Made by a program: the position numbers and the translations under genes
Shown here: positions 10,200-20,352 of the stretch, one piece after another
Layout of the letters: the number at the start of each line of letters is the position of its first letter
Position numbering within the stretch: position 1 is the stretch's first letter
Assembly: GCA_965240325.2 (NCBI GenBank)
Contig: OZ251235.1
Location: 1,860,001-1,924,000, forward strand
From: Rebecca billardiae RCC1528
Lineage: Eukaryota > Protista > Haptophyta
Direction of reading: 5' to 3'
Length of the DNA stretch: 64,000 bases
Notes under the pieces: generated by a model
What the model was told of the DNA's origin: nothing
Databases searched by the model: none
Seen by the model: the letters and a program-made list of their open reading frames with translations, nothing else

Positions 10200-12119
10200 A
10201 TGACCGCGTTCCGCGGTCCTTTTTCGTAGAACCAACGCAGTTGGGGGCCCGCGGCGCAGTGGTTGAGAATGAGACCGTGACGTCGTCAATCCGCACGGTC
10301 TGGCGTCTGCCTGGCAGTCAGACAGGCCGAGCCGCACCGTCTCGGAGAGTGAGTGAGAGTCAGACCCGTCCGTCGGACTCGCGGCGCGTGAATGGGCGCG
10401 CCGACGGCCAAGGGTGGCACGGGACACCAGCGGACGGGCCGCGCGGGGAAGCGGGGCGGCGCGCGCGCAGGGCGAGAGGCGCGGACGGGCCGCGCGGGGA
10501 AGCGGGGCGGCGCGCGTGCAGGGCGAGAGGCGCCGCGCGGCGCGGGCCGGCGCGTGCGCGCGCGCGCGCGCACCTGCTTGAGGTGCTCGCGCTGCGCCAT
10601 GCGCTCGACGAAGGGCCGCTGGTCGCTCAGCCGGCGCGCCTCGGGCCGGCATAGCGAGAGCGCGCGCCACTGCTGCCCGCCCACGCTGCGCAGCCACGCG
10701 CAGACCGAGCGGAGCTCGGGGTGGGACGAAGAGAGTGGCGTGTCGCGCCCGCCGCCAGGCGCACGCGTGCCCTGCTCCGCACCGCGCCGCCGTGCTCGCC
10801 CGCCGCCTGCTCCGCCGCGTCGGCCTCGAGGATGGCGGCGGCCAGCGGCAGGCTGAGCGGCGCGCGCTCGCCCACCGTCGCTTCGAGGGCCGTCCACACC
10901 TGCTCGAGCTGCTGCAGGGCGTGGACAAGGGCAGCGCGCGCGCCCAGCGCATCCGTGCCGCGTGACGCAGCGCGTCGAGCTCGGCGCCTCGCTTCGCCAG
11001 CTCGGCGCCCAGCGCCTTCACGCGCACGTGCTCGTGTATCTGCGCGCGCACGGCCTGCGCGCCGCCGCCCATCTGCGCGCGCAGACTCGGACTCGTCGCG
11101 GCTGGCTGCTAGGGAGTGCTAGGGTGCGCGCCGCGTAGTCGATGGCCAAGGCCTGCAGCCAGCGCGCCTGCACCGAGAAAAGAAGGCGCGGCACGCGCGC
11201 TATAACCCAGTCCACGCAGACACGCGAGCGCGTGCTCGAGCGGCGCGCCGGGGCAACCGTCCACGTCGGCCGCGCGGGAGCCGCAGGTACTCTCGCGTGC
11301 CTGCGCGACGCAGCGCGCACGCACAGCGAAACGGGCGCGGGGTAGAATTCAGGAGAGCGCCGCCGCCCGCGCACCACCCCACCGAGAGTGCGCACATGCG
11401 CACGCCACGACATGGCACGACATGGCGCACGAGTCGGACGCAACGCCCGACAGACAGAAGCCTTCGACAATCCGCGCGCGCCCGCAAACGCGGCCGCGCG
11501 CGCGGGCGGGCGCGCGGGCGTGCGTGCGCCACCCGCGCGGGAGGCGCCCGCGGCCGCGCGGGCGGCGCGCGCGCGGCGCGCGCTCCGCGCGGTCGTCCAC
11601 ACCGATGGCGGTCGATCGAGGGCGACGAGGGCTCGCCCCGTTTTTGGAGCGAGCGCGTGCCGCGCGCCCCCTGGCCCCCAACTGGGTATGATAATACCCA
11701 CAATTACCCAAAATGACCTTATGCCCCCATTACCGTTAGCGAGCCAATGTACTGATATGATAGACTGAACGAGAGTACCCACAATTCAAGTTTCCCGATC
11801 CCTTGCCTTGCCGTTTTTATCGGTTGGCGGTTGGCGGCAATCTCATACTTAAAATCGCGCTCGAAACGAACCGTTACACTAATGTCACGTCCAGCTGACG
11901 TCCAGATCGCACTTTACTTAAGGGAATCAGCTGGGCGCGCTTTTTTTCGGCCTAATAGACCTCTCTATGCGATCTCAAAAACTCGAAACTCGGTCTCCGC
12001 CAGCCCTAAAAATCGCCCCCCGTCCCTTTTTTCTTGATCAAAGATCTTTTTGAAACGTGGTTCGGGCCCGCTGGTGCGGGCTCCACGCTGCGCGCTCCGC
12101 CCTGCACCGCGGGCCATAA
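10200..12119 (-). mobile_element. Non-autonomous Helentron/Helitron2-like element, copy E2 (same family as E1, inverted)
   Basis: Minus strand reads TTATGGCCCGCGGTGCAG...CTGCGCCGCGGGCC-CCCAACTGCGTTGGTTCTACGAAAAAG-GACCGCG-GAA-CGCGGTC-AT. It interrupts the duplicated Sel1 downstream sequence with no evident TSD. Confidence 0.75.
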
Positions 12120-12120
12120 C

Positions 12121-12240
12121 ACTCAGACTGCCCGGGCAACGCGTCGCAGCACTGCCAATCCGCAATCGGCGGCCGACGCGAACGGGCCGAACGGCCAGCA
12201 ACAGGCCGCCCGGCCTCGGCCCCGGGGCTGCAAGCTGCGG
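12121..12240 (+). repeat. Continuation of the Sel1-locus duplication (copy of ~2695-2800) beyond E2
   Basis: TCAGACTGCCCGGGCAACGCGTCGCAGCACT...ATCGGCGGCCGACGCGAACGG..CCAGCAAC.GGCCGCCCGGCCT matches 2696-2775. Confidence 0.85.
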
Positions 12241-12559
12241 CGCTAATCACTAGACGAGCGCATATCAGCATTCATCACGCGGATTAATTATGATATTGAT
12301 GACTTTGATGACGAGTGCGGGTTTATGTACCCTGGACGACCAGTACGCGGTACCGCTAGCGTCGTACTCGTAGCCTGCCTGCCTGGCGGTGTCATCGACA
12401 TCGGCACGCCCGAGTCCTCCACTGCTACGGGTACTGCTACTAGCAGCAGTAAAGAGTTCTACTAACTAGCACTGCTGATATTGCGGAGAATGGCGCGGAG
12501 AGTCGTCGCAGGATGACATAAGGTCGGAGTATATATTTTAAAATATAACTATATATATG

Positions 12560-14431
12560 TTATGGCGCACGCCCCCCCCCGAAAGGTCTGAGCGTGAGCG
12601 AAAGCCGGGGGGGGGGGGGGGGGGGGCGGCGCACGTGCTCCGCAAAATCAAAAAAGAGGATGCGCGCAGGATTTGGGGGATTTTTGTAGGTGGATTTAGG
12701 TGTGAAACCGCAGCATTTGAGTCCATTTCGCTGCTCATGATTGCGTTTGTACTGCTCCTTAATCCTTGGATAGTAAGTAATAGAAGAATTCGGAATCAAA
12801 TAGGACGAAGTCATCTAGCTACCATTCTGATAGTCAAGATTCGTGTGTTGAACTGACCATAAAAAAGGTGAGATATCGAACGAATTATCTGGATAGACTC
12901 TGCTCACTCCTCAGATTCATCAAAGCGACGCGATATGGTATTGCGCGGGTAGCTTGAATCGACGTTCCCGCGCGCCCTGGTATCATACGGTTAGCAAGCT
13001 ACTGTTGTTGACGATATGCTTTTGGTCATCTGTTGATACGACGTCAATGCGGGTGGCAATCCATTCTTGAGCCTGAAATCTCATGAGCATAAGAATTTCT
13101 ACCGCTTCACGCACGACCCTTGATTCTCTCCCATTTAATACCGGCGCGTCCAGGAGAGCTTGACGAATATGAACGATAAACTGTTTCCCGCGCGCGATTC
13201 ATAACCGTATCCTTTCTGATGATGATAGTTATCTCCCGTTGATTAATACTGCTCGTCATCACACGGCTTCGCGCGATGATACAAAAGCTGGCCACCCGCG
13301 GAGCCTCTGATCAAGAGGCGGGCAATGCGTACTCTGGGTGCGAAGCGCGTGGCGCGTGGGGGCGAGGCGCGTTTCTCGCTGTATTTCCAGCTGACCATGC
13401 GCGCGCCCGCGCGCGCCACGCCGCACGCCCGCGCAGCTGAACTCTCGGCATGTTCGCGGGAAGTCGCTCGCCCAAGCCCTCACGCTCGCGCCGTCCATGA
13501 CCATGGCCGCGCTGTGATGGCTCCGCGTGCGGAGTGCTGACCGTGAGCCTCTCTCTCTCTGGCTGCGCATGACGGCGCGGCAAGCAGCGCGCGCAGATCT
13601 GCGGGCGACGAGGCTGGGCGCCAGTCCTCGCAGCACGAGGCCGAGCGCGGACATCTGTTTTGCTCGCGACGAGGCTGGGCTTAGATCTGCGAGCGGCGAG
13701 TCCGCGACGATGGCGAGGTGGCATATGCTACGGGCGACGCCGTGCTCCTCTCTCGCCCGTGCTCGCAGTCGCCCTCGCGCTCCAGGCCGTCGGCCGACAG
13801 CACCCGCGGCGGCGCCGACGCGCACAGCGGCCCTCGCACTGCATCGATCGACGCGGCGGCGAGGCTGACAGACAAAGGTCGCAATCCAGGGTGTCACGTG
13901 CCGTGGGGAGCTCATTGTGCCCGCATTCGAGGGGAAGACGCCGAGGGCGTGCAAGGAGCGGCTGCTGCGGCTGCGGGAGGTCGGAGACAGGCTCGAGCCG
14001 CGGCTGCTCGCGACGCTTTTTCCCGCCGCCGACCGGCCGACGAGCTGCGAGCTCAGAGCTGCGAGCTCATTCATCCGACGCTGCGCCGATCCCGCCGAGC
14101 GCGCAAGGCTGTGCGAGGCTGAGCCTGAGACGGGCGAGCTGCCGAGCGCGATCTCTGCGCTGCGCGCGGCCCCAGCAGGGCTGCCCGAAGCGCACCGGGC
14201 GGAGGCGCTGCGGCTGCTGCGCCGTTGAGTTCGACACGGCGCAGCCCCCCGACGGGCCGTCGATCGCGTCGATTACTCGCGCCCGCGCCGGCCGCGCCTC
14301 CTGAGGTCAGCCTCCTGCACGGCGACGTGCCGGGCGCGCGCATCGTGATTCGGTGAAGAACGCGACAATTACCAGGGCCGTGCGCCCTCAACTTCGTTGT
14401 TTACTACCCGAAGATCGGCGTAGCCGATCAT
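12560..14431 (+). mobile_element. Non-autonomous Helentron/Helitron2-like element E3 (second subfamily), in (TA)n-rich DNA
   Basis: Starts TTATGGCGCACG. 3' inverted copy CGTGCGCC at 14379-14386, spacer CTCAACTTCGTTGTTTACTACCCGAA resembling the E1/E2 spacer, then the hairpin GATCGGC-GTA-GCCGATC (14413-14429). TA-microsatellite on both flanks. Confidence 0.65.
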
Positions 14432-14558
14432 ATATATATATAGTATATATATATATATATGATATACGGCGCATTAATCAGCACGGTCCGTCATGTGCAG
14501 CGCTTGCCGCAAGGGAACGAGTTGAGAGCGGCGGCGCCGCCGCTTGCGGCGGCAGCGC

Positions 14559-15812
14559 TCAGCTCCCGCCGCCGCCGCCGCACAGCTCGAAGAAGTCGTC
14601 CGGGTGCGCCAGGATCCACGTGTGCGCGCTCGGCCCCTCCGGCTGCGACGCGTCTGGCTCGGCGCCGTCTGTGGCGGCCGGGGCCGCCGGGGCGGCGGGA
14701 GGGATGGCGCAGGCGCTGAGCGCGAGATTGCCCTGCGCGCTCGGCAGGTCGACCGAGTAGACCGGGTACCCCGCCTGCTGCACGCCCAGCCCGATCTCCT
14801 CGATCGACTTGCCCTCCGCCTGCAGCCGCTCCGCGACGGCCAGCGGGCCGTGTGCCAGGCTGCACGTCTGCGCGACGTAGTCACCAGCGTCGCGCACGCC
14901 CGAGCACCAGCCGTGCTTGGTGAACTCGTGCGCGGCGAGGTGTGAGTCGGGGTAGCACCACGACCACGCGCGCGGCAGCCCGTCCCACGCCATGTCCTCC
15001 GGCTGCTCGCACACCGCGTCGCCGTACACGCCCACCTGCGGCCAGAGCCCATGCACGCGCGGCGGCGCTCCCAGCGAGATGGTGAGGACGCCGCAGAGCG
15101 CGGCGCCTCGGCAGGACATGCGCTTCGGCGGCGTGCTCGACGGGACGTGCGGGACGGGGGGCGCCAGTGCGCCCGGCCCGCACAGCAGCGAGAAGTCCAC
15201 CTCGCGCGCCAGCATCCACACGTACCCCGAGTCTGTCGTCTTGGCGGCGCAGGCGGACAGCGTGAGCCATGGCTGCGCTCGGGCGAGGCCGAGCACAGGC
15301 GCGCCCGAGCTGGCGACCGCGCGGGTGGCGGCGATCGGATCGCCGCCGCGCTCGCGGATGAGCTTGGCGACGCGCATCGGCCCGTGCGCAAGGCCGCACA
15401 GCTGCTCGCTGAACGCCCGGTGGGTGGCCGTCCCAGCGCATTCGCCATCTGCTTGCCAGAGCTCCGCAGCGCGCGCCTGCGGCATGCACGTGGGCTGATA
15501 GTCGGGCTCGGGCGTCGGGTCGAGCGGGCCGATGCATGAGCCTTCCGCGTTGAGCGCCAGGCCGATCAGCTCCGGGGCCGACGTCGTCAGGTCGATCGTG
15601 AGCCTGCCGCAGAGCGGCGCATCGCCGCAGTCCAGCCGCAAGTGGTTGGCGTCCTCGGAGGCGCGCAGGAGCATCCAGCCGCCGAAGCTGAGCGCGTGCA
15701 CGCATGCGCTGATAAGCATGGCGGCCGCGAGGCCGCCGAGCACGGCGCGCCACGGCAGCGCCGCCCGCTTCGCTCGCGCGAGCTGCACGCGCGCGTCGCC
15801 GTAGCTGATCAT
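14559..15812 (-). CDS. Ribonuclease T2-family protein with N-terminal TM anchor and tandem (degenerate + intact) domains
   Basis: CAS-I VHGLWP and CAS-II HEFTKHGWC lie in the second domain. Internal repeat LCGRLTI...QLCGLAHGPM..LTLSACA vs LCGVLTI...QTCSLAHGPL..LALSACA. Start could be further upstream (ORF open to 16037). Confidence 0.82.
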   Translation of the reverse strand: MISYGDARVQLARAKRAALPWRAVLGGLAAAMLISACVHALSFGGWMLLRASEDANHLRLDCGDAPLCGRLTIDLTTSAPELIGLALNAEGSCIGPLDPTPEPDYQPTCMPQARAAELWQADGECAGTATHRAFSEQLCGLAHGPMRVAKLIRERGGDPIAATRAVASSGAPVLGLARAQPWLTLSACAAKTTDSGYVWMLAREVDFSLLCGPGALAPPVPHVPSSTPPKRMSCRGAALCGVLTISLGAPPRVHGLWPQVGVYGDAVCEQPEDMAWDGLPRAWSWCYPDSHLAAHEFTKHGWCSGVRDAGDYVAQTCSLAHGPLAVAERLQAEGKSIEEIGLGVQQAGYPVYSVDLPSAQGNLALSACAIPPAAPAAPAATDGAEPDASQPEGPSAHTWILAHPDDFFELCGGGGGS

Positions 15813-16424
15813 TGCCAGCTTTGATGCAGGACGTGCGCCGTCCAGCGCGACTGCCGATGATTGGCCGGCAGCTCGGTGGTCGTTCCACCGTTCCACGGCG
15901 TCTTTCACGACACCCAAACTGACGAGACCCAAACTTCGTCGTCGAAAACTCGAAGGGTCATCGTTCTTCGCTCTTGACGTCAGCCATGGCCGGGGCCGTG
16001 CCTTCCACGTCATCTGTCGTCGTACTCGTAGTCTCATCAGAGATCAGTCTGCAGGGTCGGTCAGCAGCCCTAGCGGCTCGGGTCGTCAGGCACGCAGGCG
16101 GACGCCTCACTGCCTCTGCGGATATACACATTACGCGGTGGCTCGGAGCCAATCTGTCCGATGGAGGCGGCCCACGCCCGCCAGCGGTCAGGCCACTTGA
16201 CTTAGTCGGGCCGGCCGAGCCGCGAGACTCGCCGACTTGCGACCTTGCGGTCCGGCCGCGCGCCAGAGGCCCAGAATGCCAACGGTGAGTGAGAGGCTCA
16301 GGCTCAGCGGCCGAGGCGCGACCCGTCGCACTCGTCGCAGCCGACTCGGCATGAGTGCATTGATTGCGACAGCGTGCCTGGCGCGTGACCTGATCCGGCT
16401 GATCACATGCGGCATGCGGGCTGC

Positions 16425-19400
16425 TCACAGCGCGTGGCCGGTCGAGGTGCGGCCTCCGAGGCGCCGCGAGCGACGCGGTGTGGCCTTGTCCGCGGCAGCA
16501 GCAGCCTCCTCGGCGAGCTGAGCGTCGATCACGGCCATCCCACCCGCCGCGGCCGCAAGGCTCTCGAGCTCGCGCTTGCGCGCGGCCGCCGAGCCGGCCG
16601 TCGCGACGCTGCTCTTGCGCCGAGCGGCGCGCGTCGCCGTGCCGCCGCGGGAGGACGACGGCGTCGCGCCCAGCTCGGACGGAGCCGCGCGGACGACCGT
16701 CCGCCCAGTCGACGGCGGCGTGGGCAGGCTGGTCGTGGGCTGCGGGGCCGGGCGCGCCGTCGAGCTGCCGCCGAGCGCGGACGGGTGCGGGCTCTTGGCC
16801 GCCACCGGCTGCGGAGGGGAAGCAGGGGGAGCGGGGGACGCAGCGGAATCCGTGGGGCGGGCAGCGTGAGTGGGGTCGGTCAGCCGAAGAAGCCTCGGTG
16901 CTGCCAGGCGATCCCCAGCGCGCGCGGAGGCAGGCGGAGGAGGCGTGGCCGGACGCACCTTGGCGGCGCGCGGCGGCTCGGCTGGCGACGCGGAGCCTGC
17001 ACAGCGGACAGGCGGCTCGGCGGCCGCGAGCGGAGCTGCCAAAGGCGATGCTGCGTTGGCCGGCGCAAGCGGCTGGCGCGGCTGGCGCGGCTGCTCGGCG
17101 CGCGCACGCGGCGAGGCGTCTGACAGCCCTGCGGCCGCGTGCCCAGCCTGGATGGAACCAGGACGCACACGCGCACGGGTGTCGGCGGGGCGGACACGCG
17201 TCGCGTCGCAGGGGCGCCGAGTGCGCGTGAGCGCAGTGGCCGCGGTGGGGGCACCGAGGCGCTCCGGCCGCACGCAGCGCTCCGCGCCGCTCGTTCCGCG
17301 GCGCACGGCGCGCGCGCTCGCGCCGGGCAGCTCACCTGCTCCGGCTGCGGCTGATCCGACGGCGCTGGCCCGGCGTCCTGCGGGCCCAGAGCCTCTGGCA
17401 AGGCGAGAGCCAACTCGGCGATCGGCAGCGAGCGTGCCGCGCGCGGCGCGGGCGCGCGCCACGCGCTGAATGAGGAGGTGGCCACCGCGTCCGCTCCGGC
17501 GCGGCAGAGGTCCACCACGCGCGTGCGCGCCGCGACGGCGGAGGCGGTGAGCACTGCAGCGGCGGTGGGCTGCGCGGCGCCGGCCGCTGCCTGCTGCGGG
17601 CTGAGCGCGCGGCTCGCCGCCGCGGCCGCCGGGGTGAACGGCCCGACCGCACGCACGGGCACCGGCCGCAGCACCGGAGCTGCGAACGGCTCGGGCGGCG
17701 AAGCGGCCGCTGGCGAGGGCGCGTCCGCGCCCGCGCGCGGGTGGAGGGGCGAGGGCGGCCGCTCGGCGCTGGGCGGCGGCTCGATGGCGGCGGGGCGCGG
17801 CAGCGCGGCGGCGGCAGCTGCGATGAGCGCGGGCGGCTGGCGGAGTGCCACTGGCGTGTGCTGCAGCGACTGCTGCTGCCGCAGCCGGCGCGCGGCGCGC
17901 AGCCGCCGGCGCGCGGCGCGCGCGGCACGCGCGCCGACGGCCACGCTGCCAAGCAGTAGGGCAAGCAGCTTGCACGCGCGCGCGCTCCGCACGGCCCACG
18001 CCCACGCGAGCGCGCGGCCGCGGCCGAGCAGAGTGCCGCGGCTGCGCGCGCTCGTCGCCTGTGCGCGCGCCGCCGCGGCCGAGGCAGCCGCCGCGAGACC
18101 ATTTTGGAGCGACGCCGCGGCGGTGCGCGCGTCCGCGAGCGCGTCCGCAAAGCCGAGCTCGGCCGCGACGCACGTGCCGCGGTGCGCGTGCGCGGCCGCG
18201 CCGCCGAGCGCCGCGCACTGGTCGGCGCGCACGTGCCCGCGGGGCACCCACGCGCTCAGCGCGCGCGCGCGCGCCGCGTCGGCAAGCTCTGCGCCGGCGT
18301 CGCATCGGCCGCCGCGGCGCATGCCCGCGTGCTCGTCAAGTGAACACGCGCGCGCGCTCTGCCTCAGCTCGAGGGAGAGGAGCGACACTGGCGCGGGCCG
18401 CGCGCAGCGCTGCGCGGCGAGCGCGCGCTCGGCGTCGGCCGCGCGAGCCTCGGCCGCGCCGTCGAGCGCGCACTCGCGCGCGCCGCCCGGCGCGCGCGCC
18501 ACCAGCCACCCCGCGGGCGCCCGCCCCTGCGCCGTGTACCAGACAGCCCAAGTACGCGGCGGCTCGGCCGCGCGCGCGCACGCGCGCGCGTCGAGCGCGC
18601 TCTGGCGCTCGAGCAGCAGCGCGAGCTCCGGCGCGGAGGGCGTGGGCTTGGCGTGCGTGGGCTCCGCCCCGACGCTGCGGCCGCCGAGCAGCGCGGGCGC
18701 GGGCGCGCCGCGGCCGCCGAATGCCGCGGCCACAAGCGCGAGCGCGCAAGCGATGACAGTGCATGCTGCCATGGCCGGCGCGCGGCGTGGCGCGCCGATC
18801 GCGCGCGCGCGCGCAGCCCGCGCCACGCCGGGCGCGGTGCCGCGCGGTGCGGCGTGCGTGGGCTCACGCGCCACCGTCGGCGTCGCGCGGAGCAGCGGCG
18901 GCGTGCTGCGCAGCCCGCCGCCGGCCGAGCTTTGCGCCGCCGCGGAGCCGGAGCCGTGAGGAGTGACCAGACCCGCCGGGCTTGGGCGCGCGCTCGGCGT
19001 GGCCGGCTGCGCCGCGGCGAGCGGCGAGCTCGTCGCCGGGGCGGAGAGGCCGACGGTGGGCGGGTAGCGCGCGCACACGCCGCGCAGCTCCGAGCTCTGC
19101 GCGGAGAACGGGTTCGCGTGCTGAGCCGCAAGCTGCAGCGCGGCCGGCGCGGCCGGCGCGGCGCGCGGCGCCGCGAGCGCGCGGCCGTAGAGCGCGGCCA
19201 CGGCACTCGGGTCTCGGAGGGCGGCGGCAGCTCCGGGGCGCTCGCCGACGCGCGGCGCGAAGGCGGACGGCACGGGCGGCGCGTCCTCGCGCGCGCCCAC
19301 GAGCGCGCCGCCGAGACCGCCCCACGGCGAGCCGCCGTCCGCGGCGGCGGGCGGCGGCTCAATGCTCGTCGCTCGGATGAGCCCGCGCGGTGAGACACCG

Positions 19401-20140
19401 GTCCGTGGCGCGCCCGCGGGCTGGGGCGGCGCCGCCGGCCACACGGCGGGCGAGAAGGTGCGCAGCGGCGGCGCGTCGTCAAAGCTGTTGAAGGAGCTCG
19501 TCGGAGGCGGGCTCGACAGCTCGGCGGCGGCAGCCGCCGCCGCCGCCGCGGCGCTAAGTGCTGTCACCGTCAAAGCGGCGGCGGGCTCGGAGCTGTAGCC
19601 GTTGGCGGCATCGAGCGAGCCGCCGGCCGCGAGCGCGGGCGGGTCGAGGAAGGTGCGCAGCGAGGGCGACATGCTGACGTGGTCTTGAAGCGCGCCGGCG
19701 ACGCGGCGCACGCCGATCTGCCGCGCGTCGAAGGGCACGGCCGCGGGGCGCGAGCTCGCCGCAGGCGTGGACGACGAGGGAGCTTCGGACGGCGCGCGCG
19801 CCGCCGGCGACGAGAGCGGCGTGAGGTGCTTGGAGGCGGTGTGGAGCACGAGGGGCGTGAACGGCGACGGCACGTCCGACGACCAGCGCGCGCTCTCCCC
19901 TGCCTGCGAGCCGGGCGTGTCGCGGAGCGTGAGCCGCGCCATCCGGCTGCGCAGCCCGTGCAGCGAACGGCCCGTGCCGGGCGTGGCGGACGGCGGGGCG
20001 AGCGGCTCGCTCTCGGCCTTGGTGGCGGTGCCGACGGAGGAGGGTCCCGACGAGAGGCGGTTGTTCGCGTCGGGCGCGCTCAGCACGCGCAGCCCGGTGC
20101 GCGGCGAGGAGGCGATCGGCGACGCGGCGGCGATGGACAT
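16425..20140 (-). CDS. Large low-complexity hypothetical membrane protein; exons ~20140-17336 and 17147-16425
   Basis: Long ORF with two hydrophobic segments (ACTVIACALALVAAAFGG; LLALLLGSVAVGA) around a Cys-containing region. CAG|GTGAG donor at 17335 and CCAG acceptor at 17148 join in phase. Confidence 0.55.
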
Positions 20141-20352
20141 GGGCGCGAGGGACGCGGACACGCGGCGACCAATTTGAAGACGGCCCGTGCGTTTCACGGC
20201 TTTCCCGCCCACGGACGGTTCTTCAGGACTTACTCAGCCGCCCGGCCGGACACCGTCGTCGTCGGCGAAAACCGTGAGTGAGAGCCCGTCGCTGGTTTTG
20301 TGTTTGTGAGACCGCCCTGTGCTCGCTCGCCTGCTCGGCGAGCAATCTCGCG

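Noticed and set aside
2853-12116. A single 9.3-kb Pack-type TIR transposon with ~300-bp TIRs and a TA TSD
   Set aside because: The inverted match is better explained by two separate inverted copies (E1, E2). Each has its own internal 3' hairpin end, and E2's boundaries are fixed by the duplicated empty site.
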